Positions 9,487 to 18,970 of a stretch of DNA of 64,000 nt are shown piece by piece. A program made the translations under genes and the position numbers. Within the stretch, counting starts at the first letter, position 1, and every line of letters begins with the position of its first letter. The stretch is from a virus, in IMG/VR virus record IMGVR_UViG_3300035670_000055, positions 51,493 to 115,492 of that record; one strand, written 5' to 3'. The notes below the pieces were generated by a model, which ran no database searches, was not told the DNA's origin, and saw only the letters and a program-made list of their open reading frames with translations.

Positions 9487-10550
9487 ACAGATTTAATATT
9501 TACTATTCCTTTTTTTAAATAATTACTTTTTGATATATTCCAGATATTCATGTCCATAGCCCATTTTAATTCATCAATTAAATATTTTACACCTGGATAA
9601 GTTTTTCCTTTATGAACAAACCCTTCATAAGCATCTTTCATATCTTCATCAGAAAGTGTATATACCAATGGATTATAATAATTTGTGCTATCACAAACAA
9701 TAAATTGTAAAGGCTTCACTGTATATCCATATAATTCACTATTTTCATCTAACGTTAAATGTTTTGTAGCATAATAATATAGATAAGCTTGGATATATGC
9801 TCTTCTATATAAATAGTATTCTTCATAGAAATTTTCTACAGACCATGTACATTTTAAATCATAAGGTTGAATTATTTTTTCTTGATGGTCTACAATTACT
9901 TTATCCATCATTGACTTAAATAAATGACCATCAACTTCATATGCTTCCACTTGAAGCTGATCATATACACTATATCTGGAACTATTTACAAGATTAACAA
10001 TATCTTTTGTGGCAAAATTATTTCTTAATTCTGATACAATATTTTCAGCATGTGTTACATCTTGAGAAGTTACAACAGTGAGATTATTTGCTCTCACCTT
10101 TCTAATTTCATTATAATAAATTTCTGCATCAGAACCTATGAACTTTTTTATTATATTTTCATAACTTCCATTTCCTTTTCCACTATATCCACAATCTGCA
10201 AAAGCAGCTTTAGAAATTTCTTCAAATGTTTTTGTAACATTCCCAAATTCATCTGTAGCATCTATAGTTTCTCTATATAAATTTTCTACAAAAGTTACCA
10301 TATTTCCTGTAGGAGAAGTAGCACAAGCAGACATGTAAAATCTTTTATCAAATTCATCTTCTTCCATTAATATAGTTTCTACAAGTCTTCCCATAATAGC
10401 AGCTTGAGAATCTTTATCTTCTACATTCTTTCCTAAATAATATTTATTATAATATTTCTTCCTGTCCATTGAAAATTCTTTCAATGAACTAGAACTGTCT
10501 AATAATATTGCTCTATAAACAGCTTCTGTTTTTGCTTGTCCTTTAATCAT
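9483..10550 (-). CDS. PD-(D/E)XK exonuclease (RecE/ExoVIII-like)
   Basis: SSSSLKEF, MGRLVE, KSMMDKVIVD...YDLKCT, YIQAYLY. Confidence 0.8.
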   Translation of the reverse strand: MIKGQAKTEAVYRAILLDSSSSLKEFSMDRKKYYNKYYLGKNVEDKDSQAAIMGRLVETILMEEDEFDKRFYMSACATSPTGNMVTFVENLYRETIDATDEFGNVTKTFEEISKAAFADCGYSGKGNGSYENIIKKFIGSDAEIYYNEIRKVRANNLTVVTSQDVTHAENIVSELRNNFATKDIVNLVNSSRYSVYDQLQVEAYEVDGHLFKSMMDKVIVDHQEKIIQPYDLKCTWSVENFYEEYYLYRRAYIQAYLYYYATKHLTLDENSELYGYTVKPLQFIVCDSTNYYNPLVYTLSDEDMKDAYEGFVHKGKTYPGVKYLIDELKWAMDMNIWNISKSNYLKKGIVNIKSV

Positions 10551-10673
10551 TTTTATTATATTTAATTAACACATTTTCTGAAATTGCTAAATTAACTAAA
10601 TTTTTAATAATTTTAAATACTCCTTCTACATAAAGATTTTTATCAACCAACTCTTGTTTACAATCTTGTTCTA

Positions 10674-10868
10674 TTATTTTTTTATTATTAAAAATAAAAA
10701 ATCAAGATTGTCCCAAAAACAAAATTCTTTATTTGATACATTAACACTTGTTATCTCAATATATCCAATATTATCATTAGAGTTTGAAAAATCATCTAAA
10801 TCTACTGATAACTTTATGTTTATATTTTCAATATCTACATCATAAACTTTACTTCTATATATTTTCAT
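10674..10868 (-). CDS. Hypothetical protein
   Basis: ORF track. Confidence 0.5.
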   Translation of the reverse strand: MKIYRSKVYDVDIENINIKLSVDLDDFSNSNDNIGYIEITSVNVSNKEFCFWDNLDFLFLIIKK

Positions 10869-10886
10869 AATCTTTAATATTATAAT

Positions 10887-11159
10887 TTAATTAAAAGTTG
10901 AAAAATCGTTTGTGAATAATAATTGATCTTCTTTACCACAAATTTCTTCTCTTATAGAAACATAAAATGGTTCTGTTGAAGTATCATTATCTTCATAGAT
11001 TTTTATATCTTTTTTGTCCCACTCACTTTCAGGAATTTCTTCAATTTTATAATCATTGAAAACTCCTATTTCTTCAGATAAAAATGTAATAGCATCTTCT
11101 ATGTTTTCAGCATAAATTGCATAAAAATAATTTTCAATTGTAATTTTAAATACTTTCAT
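10887..11159 (-). CDS. Hypothetical acidic protein
   Basis: ORF track. Confidence 0.6.
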   Translation of the reverse strand: MKVFKITIENYFYAIYAENIEDAITFLSEEIGVFNDYKIEEIPESEWDKKDIKIYEDNDTSTEPFYVSIREEICGKEDQLLFTNDFSTFN

Positions 11160-11451
11160 AATTTCTAATATTTATTAATTTACCATCCCAAGGAATATTA
11201 TTTAAATATAATTGTCCTTTCTTAGTTCCTAACCTAACTTCAGTTAAACCATTTAATCTGTTTCTAGTAGTTACACTATTCCAGCCTGCTGTAGTGATAA
11301 ATAACTCATTAACTTCATCTAACGTTGCGATTACATTATTAAATAATTTTAGATAAGTTTTTCCTTCTTTATTTTCTACAATCATATTAGATTTTTTAAA
11401 AGGCTTCCTATTATAGAAAGCCTTTATTGATTCTTTTGTTATTTTTCTCAT
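11146..11451 (-). CDS. Hypothetical phage protein
   Basis: LFNNVIA..ITTAGWNSVTTRNRLNGL resembles a recurrent phage family. Confidence 0.65.
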   Translation of the reverse strand: MRKITKESIKAFYNRKPFKKSNMIVENKEGKTYLKLFNNVIATLDEVNELFITTAGWNSVTTRNRLNGLTEVRLGTKKGQLYLNNIPWDGKLINIRNYESI

Positions 11452-11633
11452 TATTCTATTTTAAGATTTAATTTATCTACAATCATATAATGACAATCTG
11501 AATGGAGAATTAAATTTCCATCTCCATCTGTCATATCTTCTGCACAATCCCAAATATTTTCATCATAATCTTTTATTAACACTTCTCCTGTAGAATAATA
11601 TAAAATAATTATTTTTTTAATATTTTCGTTCAT
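11451..11633 (-). CDS. Hypothetical protein
   Basis: Likely start MNENIKK at 11633, just after thyX stop (track start overlaps thyX). Confidence 0.55.
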   Translation of the reverse strand: MNENIKKIIILYYSTGEVLIKDYDENIWDCAEDMTDGDGNLILHSDCHYMIVDKLNLKIE

Positions 11634-11637
11634 AATT

Positions 11638-12756
11638 TTATAATTCAATTTTGTTATCAATAAAATACCTGTAAGGAATGAATCCTTTAAAATTGTTACA
11701 CCATCCTTTTTCCCCACTGTCATCTTCAATAAACCAATATTGATTCTCTGTATTGTCCATCAATGTAACTTCATGTTTACCTTTTCTAAAAGATTCATAT
11801 TCTTCATCACTCATAGCTCTTGCACAATGTTCCATAGGTGAAGAGTGAGGTGGATCATAAGCAATTAATTTATCATGCAATTCAATCCATTTTTCATAAG
11901 ATTTTACTGCTTCTCCACCAACAATAGTATAAGAAGTATGTGCTGACATTGCTGTAGAAATTTTTATAAATTCATCAACAGGTATTTCTGTCTCAGGAAC
12001 ATACCCCTTATTTTTAATATATAAATTTATTATTTCAATTGCAAAAGGAATATGCCATTCTCCAGGTTTTAACTGTATAGGTGTACTTTCATTCATAGCA
12101 TCATAAATCTCTTCAGCAAGAGCCATCATGTGAATTTCTGCTTGACCTTTGTTTATTTGTAACCATTTTAAATCTAATTCTTTCTTTGGAAGACCTGTTA
12201 ATTTTCTTTCGTTAAAAGAATCTATAAATTCTTTCCTGCTTTTATATGATATATTTTCTTGTGTTATATCTATATATTGAGGACATCTCAAATGAAAAAA
12301 ATTATTCCATCCTTCTTTACTACCTGTAATTAACATAGTAGTCCACATGAAAGGTTCAAGAAGTCTATTTGCTAATTGTTTAGTTATTAAAGAATCTTCA
12401 TATAAATGTTTAGCTTGTTCCACAGCAAAATCTCTCGCTCTTAACCAATTTCTTTCTGCTCTGGCTTTATAATTTATATCTCCAACATTACCTTCTCCTG
12501 TATGGTATTCGTTTCCTTGCATTCCTGAATGATGTTTTTGCCAAGCAATAGGAATAAAAGGATTGTTTTGTACAGCTTCTACCATTTTTTTAAATGGAAT
12601 TGCTCTTGATGATGAAGTATTTTTAGAAAGCATTCTATGAGTATTAATTTCTGCAAGGATAATTCTTGGGAAAGTAATAAGTAAAGAAGTAAGTCTATTA
12701 CCTCTTGAATCTAAGGAATCTGCTACTACTTCTGCAGATATTTTGGTTTTATTCAT
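11638..12756 (-). CDS. thyX: FAD-dependent thymidylate synthase
   Basis: PRIILAEINTHRMLSKNTSSSRAIP, KQLANRLLEPF, NFFHLR, AQAEI-like KGQAEI, HSSPMEH. Confidence 0.88.
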   Translation of the reverse strand: MNKTKISAEVVADSLDSRGNRLTSLLITFPRIILAEINTHRMLSKNTSSSRAIPFKKMVEAVQNNPFIPIAWQKHHSGMQGNEYHTGEGNVGDINYKARAERNWLRARDFAVEQAKHLYEDSLITKQLANRLLEPFMWTTMLITGSKEGWNNFFHLRCPQYIDITQENISYKSRKEFIDSFNERKLTGLPKKELDLKWLQINKGQAEIHMMALAEEIYDAMNESTPIQLKPGEWHIPFAIEIINLYIKNKGYVPETEIPVDEFIKISTAMSAHTSYTIVGGEAVKSYEKWIELHDKLIAYDPPHSSPMEHCARAMSDEEYESFRKGKHEVTLMDNTENQYWFIEDDSGEKGWCNNFKGFIPYRYFIDNKIEL

Positions 12757-12761
12757 TATTT

Positions 12762-13412
12762 TTAAATTTCTAATATGTTACCATTACTTGTTAATGTTTT
12801 TATTTTATTAATTTTATCAATTTTTCTCTGTAACCCTACATTTAAAGAATTACCTAAAAAATTAATAAAAATATTACAATCTTTTTTTGACGACATTCTT
12901 AATACAGAATAGGAATTAACAGAATTTACTTTTTTTATTTTATAATTTATATTTAAGCTATTAAATAAATTATCAATTCCAAAATAATTCTGATTAACTG
13001 ATGAAGATAAACTTATTTGTCTTATCGACCTTTTTTCATTTATATAATAACAACCATCTCCATCAAATAATCCTTTAATGAAAAAATTAATAGTTTTTTC
13101 ATTAAAGTTAGATAGTATTTTATTAAATCCTTTTTCTTTCCTATTTAAAAAGTCATTTTCTATTAAAAATGAAATAAAATTTTTATCAGAATAACCAAAA
13201 GTAGCTTGTGGTTGTCTATTATTTCTTTGTCTTTTAGTTGAAAAAAGATGTATTCCTATATTATTGAATAAATAATATATTTCATTAAAATCTTTTTCAG
13301 TTATTTCAGTATTTACTCTTTCATGCTTCCCATCTCTACAATTTAAATATCCATCAGCCCATATAAAACCTAATACGTACGCTGTATTTGTACAATTTTT
13401 ATTAAAAGTAAA
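12762..13412 (-). pseudogene. LAGLIDADG homing endonuclease lacking a start codon
   Basis: Not in ORF track. Open frame of 216 codons: AYVLGFIWADG...FFIKGLFDGDG...TSNGNILEI*. Preceded by in-frame TGA; no N-terminal ATG. Confidence 0.8.
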
Positions 13413-13482
13413 TCAGATTTTCTTATAGTTATTTTTTTAATTATGTAAAGGTACGAATAAAAATGAGAAACCCTAATTTAAA

Positions 13483-14181
13483 TCAATATATTTTAACATT
13501 TTGATTGTCATCAATTTCAAAAATATTTCCATTTGAATATAATTTTCCAAATTCTCCGTCTTTAACTACAGTTCCATTTGAAAAATAAATATTATTTTGA
13601 TACAAAACTCCATTATTTTGAATATCTTTGTTTGAATGAATATGACCGAAGCATACTAATTTTGGTTTTAATTCTTTCACCATATTTAATAAACTTTTAT
13701 CGCCACATTGGTCTATTTCTCTATTTCTATTATATGATTTGTCAAGAATACCTTTAGGTGGACCATGTGTAACAAGAATATCTGCATAAATTGGTTTTAC
13801 TTCTCTCCAATATCTATTAAGCTTTTCTGGAGTTTTCATAAAAGCCCAATTACCATATTTAGGAACATAAGGATTTCCATAAATATATAATCCTTCTATT
13901 TCTACAATATCATCTTCCAGATATATAATTCCTGCTTCTTCAAAATCTTTTTTTGTGACAAGTCTTTTTTCTATTGATGTATCATGATTTCCTGCTACAT
14001 AAATCTTATATTTAACAGGAATATTCTTATACCATTCTATAAATTGTCTTACTTCATTTTCATTCAAATAAGGATTTATATTATTGCTACAATCTCCAGA
14101 ATGAATAATCATATCTATGCCTGGAGGAATTTCTAATTGTTCGTGATAACCATGTGTATCACTTATATGTAAAAATATCAT
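13483..14181 (-). CDS. Calcineurin-like metallophosphoesterase
   Basis: ISDTHG, IHSGD, AGNHD, LVTHGPP, FGHIH. Confidence 0.92.
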   Translation of the reverse strand: MIFLHISDTHGYHEQLEIPPGIDMIIHSGDCSNNINPYLNENEVRQFIEWYKNIPVKYKIYVAGNHDTSIEKRLVTKKDFEEAGIIYLEDDIVEIEGLYIYGNPYVPKYGNWAFMKTPEKLNRYWREVKPIYADILVTHGPPKGILDKSYNRNREIDQCGDKSLLNMVKELKPKLVCFGHIHSNKDIQNNGVLYQNNIYFSNGTVVKDGEFGKLYSNGNIFEIDDNQNVKIY

Positions 14182-14182
14182 A

Positions 14183-14518
14183 TTAATTAAAAAATTTTTT
14201 TATAAATTCAAATTTAAAATCTACCACTTCATCTAAATCTTTAGACTGAAATATATGAATATTTCTATTTTTTATTATTAAAGTAAACATAAATGCTTTA
14301 TCTCTTCTATTTATACTTATTCCTTTTGGTAAAAACTGTGTATTTTTAGAAAAGAAATTAAAGTTTAATTCATTTATATAATTATCTGCTTCATTTTTTT
14401 CTTTGAAGTATTTTACATTTTCTTTTTCTTGAGTAAAAGGATTCCAAAAATAACAATAATATATATTTTGCTGTTTATTAAATGTTACTCCTCCATATTT
14501 TGTATTTTTTGTTTTCAT
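14183..14518 (-). CDS. AP2-like DNA-binding protein (possible homing-endonuclease remnant)
   Basis: TKYGGVTFNKQQNIY and LPKGISINRRDKAF resemble tandem AP2 domains; no nuclease motif seen. Confidence 0.5.
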   Translation of the reverse strand: MKTKNTKYGGVTFNKQQNIYYCYFWNPFTQEKENVKYFKEKNEADNYINELNFNFFSKNTQFLPKGISINRRDKAFMFTLIIKNRNIHIFQSKDLDEVVDFKFEFIKKFFN

Positions 14519-15321
14519 ATTAATTTTTCTTTAATTAAAATTTCTCTAACTTTTTTAATAAGTGATTCAATATCAGAATCATTGTCCACGACATAATCAA
14601 ATTCTGATTTATCAAGGGCAGTTTCTGAATAGTGCTCTCCTGATTTACTAACTGGACAACTCATTTTATGATAACCACTTCCTCCACATATATCACATGG
14701 TCTATTAACTCTAATAGTAATACCACTTTTTTTCTTTACAGCTTCTAATTCATTAGGAAATCTCATATCTGTAATAATCCAATTAGGATATTTAGATTCT
14801 ACTTCACACATAGTTTTAAATCCTTCACTTTGTTTATGTGAGGTATTACATAAACAATTACCAATACCATTTACCCATGCTTGTGTATAATGTTCACATA
14901 AATTAGGTGAAGGTTTATACTCACTCATTAAACTATTAACCCAAATTTCAGGATGTAATTGATTTCTGAATAAATTTGTCCCAATAAATTGTAATAAAAA
15001 CCTTGGTGTAGGTTTTATTAATTCTAATCCTTCATATGATTTTAATTCTTTTTTTGTAGTAGTTAAATAATCAAGAATAATTGGTGAATATCCTCCATCT
15101 CGTTCCATATACCAATACCACCATTCTTCTCCTAATTCTTTAGATTTAAAACTTTCGTTTTCTAATTGCTCTCTAGTACAACCTATAAGTATACAAATTA
15201 TATCTTTTAATTTATCTGCAAAACATTTTTCTTCATATTTATTATTTGTTAATTGATTAATTATTTTTGCAATAGCATTTTTACCACTTTGTTTTTTCCC
15301 ACTAATCGCCAGTATACTCAT
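14515..15321 (-). CDS. Deoxynucleoside monophosphate kinase
   Basis: ISGKKQSGK, FADKLKD, TPRFLLQFIGT, WIITDMRFPNE, HYSETALD. Confidence 0.9.
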   Translation of the reverse strand: MSILAISGKKQSGKNAIAKIINQLTNNKYEEKCFADKLKDIICILIGCTREQLENESFKSKELGEEWWYWYMERDGGYSPIILDYLTTTKKELKSYEGLELIKPTPRFLLQFIGTNLFRNQLHPEIWVNSLMSEYKPSPNLCEHYTQAWVNGIGNCLCNTSHKQSEGFKTMCEVESKYPNWIITDMRFPNELEAVKKKSGITIRVNRPCDICGGSGYHKMSCPVSKSGEHYSETALDKSEFDYVVDNDSDIESLIKKVREILIKEKLI

Positions 15322-15323
15322 AT

Positions 15324-15635
15324 TTATTCTGCATTATCTATTAACCATTGTAAAGCTTTTTTCCAATCTTTTTGATGAAATACTTCTATTTTCCATCCTA
15401 AATCCAAGTAACGTTCTACGACACTTTTAATTGATTTAAAACTATTATAACTATTACTTTGTGTAAATAAATCATTTATTGAAGTAAATTTAAAATTTCG
15501 TGTATCAAATTTTTCATTTGTTAATATAATAGGTTTTTTTCTATAGTTATGTCCTACTATTAAATGTTTATTAGTTATTTTATTAGTTAAAATAACATTT
15601 CTATCATTGTCTGTTTTTTCAAAAACTGGTTTCAT
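15324..15635 (-). CDS. Hypothetical protein
   Basis: ORF track. Confidence 0.6.
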   Translation of the reverse strand: MKPVFEKTDNDRNVILTNKITNKHLIVGHNYRKKPIILTNEKFDTRNFKFTSINDLFTQSNSYNSFKSIKSVVERYLDLGWKIEVFHQKDWKKALQWLIDNAE

Positions 15636-15637
15636 AT

Positions 15638-15793
15638 TTAATTTATTTTTATTCTTTTACTAAATTTATTTGTTGCAACATATTCATTAAAATAACAATC
15701 TGTCCAATAATATAATAATTCTTTTTTTATTGGATCATATATTACTATTCCAGATTTAACCATTGTTAATCTACTTATTATATTTTTTATCAT
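15638..15793 (-). CDS. Small hypothetical protein (51 aa)
   Basis: Manual translation; includes LTMVKSGIVIYDPIKKELLYYWTDCYF; TGATG coupling. Confidence 0.45.
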   Translation of the reverse strand: MIKNIISRLTMVKSGIVIYDPIKKELLYYWTDCYFNEYVATNKFSKRIKIN

Positions 15794-15936
15794 CAATTAT
15801 AAATTTTATGTACAACTCTTAATAATTTTCTTGTTTTCTTTCTACCAAACTTTTTTACTAAACATTTTATTGATATTGTTGTATTATCAATATAATCTTT
15901 TAATAATTCTGTTTCTTCTTTATTTAATATCACCAT
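15793..15936 (-). CDS. Small hypothetical protein (47 aa)
   Basis: Manual: MVILNKEETELLKDYIDN...LLRVVHKIYN*. Confidence 0.45.
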   Translation of the reverse strand: MVILNKEETELLKDYIDNTTISIKCLVKKFGRKKTRKLLRVVHKIYN

Positions 15937-15992
15937 TTCTTTTTATTTTTAATTGTTCTTTTTCTTGTTTAGTTTATAAATTTAAAATTTAA

Positions 15993-16586
15993 TTATTCTT
16001 TAGAACGTATTTTTTGAGCAAGAGTACATCTTCTTAATCCAAAATGACTAGCTGCTTTTGTAATAGATTTAAAAATCTCGTTAGAAGGAATATGTAAAAC
16101 TTTTAGTGGTTTATTATCATGATTTTTTCCTAAGTTCTTTCCTGTTTTAGAAGCACTAATTTTTAATCCAACTTCTTTAGGTACAACTTTACCTAATTGA
16201 GCTAAACTTATTTTCTTTTTAGTTTCTTCTGAATGTTTTTTACCTTTCATAAATTCTGACTGTTTTAACTTTGCCTCTTCTGTTTGTTTATAACCAAATG
16301 TTCCTTCTCCACCGTCTGTAATATTAGCAAGACATCCTGTCTTATTTTTAATCTTACCATAATGTGCTATTAATTCTATTTCTTTTTCTTTTATAAAGTT
16401 AATATCTTGAGACTCATAAAGAATTTCATATTTGAAAGGTGTTTTTGAGACAATATTTTTCCATATAGAATTTCTTTTGTCTTTTTGAGCAGCTCTTTTG
16501 TATTTATGTTTTTTATTATGTCTAGATATTCCTATATAAAATACAGAATTTGTATCTAATCTGATATGTTGATAAATGTAGTACAT
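15993..16586 (-). CDS. GIY-YIG homing endonuclease with NUMOD3 repeats
   Basis: YYIYQHIRLDTNSVFYIGI..R..E.ELIAHYG..LANITDGGEG; GKKHSEETKKKIS. Confidence 0.88.
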   Translation of the reverse strand: MYYIYQHIRLDTNSVFYIGISRHNKKHKYKRAAQKDKRNSIWKNIVSKTPFKYEILYESQDINFIKEKEIELIAHYGKIKNKTGCLANITDGGEGTFGYKQTEEAKLKQSEFMKGKKHSEETKKKISLAQLGKVVPKEVGLKISASKTGKNLGKNHDNKPLKVLHIPSNEIFKSITKAASHFGLRRCTLAQKIRSKE

Positions 16587-16639
16587 AGATAATAATTTTA
16601 TTTGTTGTAAAAGTAGATCATATTTATCTAAATACCAAA

Positions 16640-17041
16640 TTATTTTAATATTTTTCTGTTAGAATTTTCTATTTTTGTTTTACTATTATGACAACCAGTG
16701 CAAAGACATTGTAAATTATCAACTTCACAAAATAAGTTTTCTACAAATGTTGATAAATCTGCTGCACAAGTAAGAGTCCCAACGGGCTTCACATGATCAA
16801 CATTGATTTGCTTATCTGGAAACCATTTTTTACATTTATTACATTGATATTCAAATTTTTGTCTTTTATTAGCTCCTTTATAAGGTCTTTTAGCGTTTTG
16901 TTTACATTGTGTAATAGGTTTCCACCATCTACTTTTTTGTCTTAATGTACTTCGTATAAATGCCCAAAATGCAGATTCTGACATAGTTCCTGCATTTCTA
17001 GTTTTAATAACTTTAGACTTTCTAACGGATCTTTCTTTCAT
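16640..17041 (-). CDS. HNH endonuclease
   Basis: YQCNKC, VDHVKPVG, NLQCLCTGCHNSKT. Confidence 0.85.
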   Translation of the reverse strand: MKERSVRKSKVIKTRNAGTMSESAFWAFIRSTLRQKSRWWKPITQCKQNAKRPYKGANKRQKFEYQCNKCKKWFPDKQINVDHVKPVGTLTCAADLSTFVENLFCEVDNLQCLCTGCHNSKTKIENSNRKILK

Positions 17042-17474
17042 TATATTCTAATTTATATTTACCATAAACTTTTTTCCATATTTTAGCTTTTCCTTTTTCA
17101 AATTTTTTTCTTTTTTCAGGAATATTAAAAAATATTTCTTGTAAAACCTCTTTAAATTTTTCTGCAGAAAAATCAGTTTCTATAGGCTGTTTTCTAATAC
17201 TATAACTAAAAATTCCTTCTCCAGGTAATATGTTAATGTGTTTTTCTTCTTTAGGATAAATTTCTTCATTTAATTTACCAATAAGAGCCTGATATTCATC
17301 ATGAACTTGTTGAGGAATAGAATTATATTTGTTTTCCCAAGGAAAATATGTAGGATATTTTTTAATAGTGTTATTTATTCTATTATATTGTTCTAGTCCA
17401 CAATAAAATGTTCCATAACCTGATGTAGCAATCATTGCTTCAATGACTTCAGGAGGTAAGTTCTTTAAATCCAT
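17022..17474 (-). CDS. Hypothetical protein
   Basis: ORF track. Confidence 0.6.
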   Translation of the reverse strand: MDLKNLPPEVIEAMIATSGYGTFYCGLEQYNRINNTIKKYPTYFPWENKYNSIPQQVHDEYQALIGKLNEEIYPKEEKHINILPGEGIFSYSIRKQPIETDFSAEKFKEVLQEIFFNIPEKRKKFEKGKAKIWKKVYGKYKLEYNERKIR

Positions 17475-17496
17475 AATTATTCAAAATTACTTAAAG

Positions 17497-17522
17497 TTCT
17501 CCCTATATTTCTATAGGGAGAA
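17497..17522 (-). terminator. Terminator-like hairpin after rIIB
   Basis: TTCTCCCTATA-loop-TATAGGGAGAA. Confidence 0.5.
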
Positions 17523-17531
17523 ATATTAATA

Positions 17532-18911
17532 TTAATTTAAATCTACTACTCTGTTATTAATAACATTTGACATTTCTTCTAATGAATTTATAATTCTAGA
17601 AAGTTCTTTAGAAGATAATGTAGGTAATGTAAATGTATGACGTTTTACTTCCTCTGTAAAACCATTTTTTACATGTTCTTCAATGTCTTCAAAACATTTC
17701 TCATTATATACATCTCCTAATTCTAATACATTAAAGTCTTCTTCATCAAGAATATATTTTTCATTCTCTGGTAATGTCATTGCAAAAAACCAACGAGAAG
17801 TTCTTAGTTTACTAACTTCATTAATTGGGGCGGCTAGCACATCCATAGGATTCACAATAGCTAATACAGGAACATCTCCAAATCCACTATAATCATATTC
17901 ACTACTACAAATATGTAATCCTTTTCCACAATTTACAGTATTATCATCATCTCCTTCATCTCTAGGAATACTAGCAATTTGCCCTACACGATAATCCATT
18001 TTTCCTGTATGTGCATCTGTATATCTATTTTCTTGTATATTAGGAAGATTTAAATATAAATATTCTAAATCACCAAGACAAATGTATTCTGTATCTTCTA
18101 CATTAAAATCAGATTGCTTAAGCTCATATTTATTACTATCTGGAATAGTTATTACTCTAAATTTCTTAGGAGATTTTTTCCAAACAGCTTTGATTTTATT
18201 ATAAGCATTAGAAATAAAATCTACTAATTCTTTAGAATCATTTCCTACTGTTTTCACTCTTCTATAAGCATAAAAATTACCATGTCTATCAATCTTCATG
18301 TTATGTTTTTCTAAAAATCCATATAAATCTTCTGCGCTTTGAGCACTAGGATTTAAACAACACCACATAAAGAACTTTTTATGAGAAAGATATTCTTCAT
18401 CCTTATTTAACTTTTCTTGTAAAGATTCTTCTGAAAATACTTTATCTACTCTTGTTATAATTTCAATAAATTTTTTAACTAATAAATCAGGAAGACTTCT
18501 ATTTGTTCCAGATAAATACACTGTGTTTCCTTCTGTATAAAAATCATCCAAATATTTAAATAGTTCAAATCCTTCAGAATACATTTCTATATCTTCTCTG
18601 GTTAATTGTTCTGTTACTTTTTCTTCTTGAATATTTACATCTTTTACTATTCTTAAAATTTCACTTTCACTCGTAGCAAGTTTTATTTCTTGTACATCAT
18701 TTTCTGTTGCATTAGATTTACTAATGATAGAGCCATCTTGTAATACAACAGTTAAATTATTATTTACTAAAGAAAGCATTTTATATAATTTTTTACTTTC
18801 TTTAAGTTGTAAATTTAATAATTCTAACTCTTTTTCTTTTTTTTCTAATTCTAATTTTTCTAATTTTTCTTGGTTATTACTTCTAAACCATTTTAAGCTA
18901 AATAAGTTCAT
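17532..18911 (-). CDS. rIIB: rIIB-like protein
   Basis: NPSAQSAEDLYGFL, GNFYAYRRV, YTDAHTG, CGKGLH, VNPMDV. Confidence 0.85.
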   Translation of the reverse strand: MNLFSLKWFRSNNQEKLEKLELEKKEKELELLNLQLKESKKLYKMLSLVNNNLTVVLQDGSIISKSNATENDVQEIKLATSESEILRIVKDVNIQEEKVTEQLTREDIEMYSEGFELFKYLDDFYTEGNTVYLSGTNRSLPDLLVKKFIEIITRVDKVFSEESLQEKLNKDEEYLSHKKFFMWCCLNPSAQSAEDLYGFLEKHNMKIDRHGNFYAYRRVKTVGNDSKELVDFISNAYNKIKAVWKKSPKKFRVITIPDSNKYELKQSDFNVEDTEYICLGDLEYLYLNLPNIQENRYTDAHTGKMDYRVGQIASIPRDEGDDDNTVNCGKGLHICSSEYDYSGFGDVPVLAIVNPMDVLAAPINEVSKLRTSRWFFAMTLPENEKYILDEEDFNVLELGDVYNEKCFEDIEEHVKNGFTEEVKRHTFTLPTLSSKELSRIINSLEEMSNVINNRVVDLN

Positions 18912-18970
18912 TGTTTTAATTTTTTATTGTTAATTTAATAGTAGAAAAGAAAGGGAAATTAATCCCTTTC

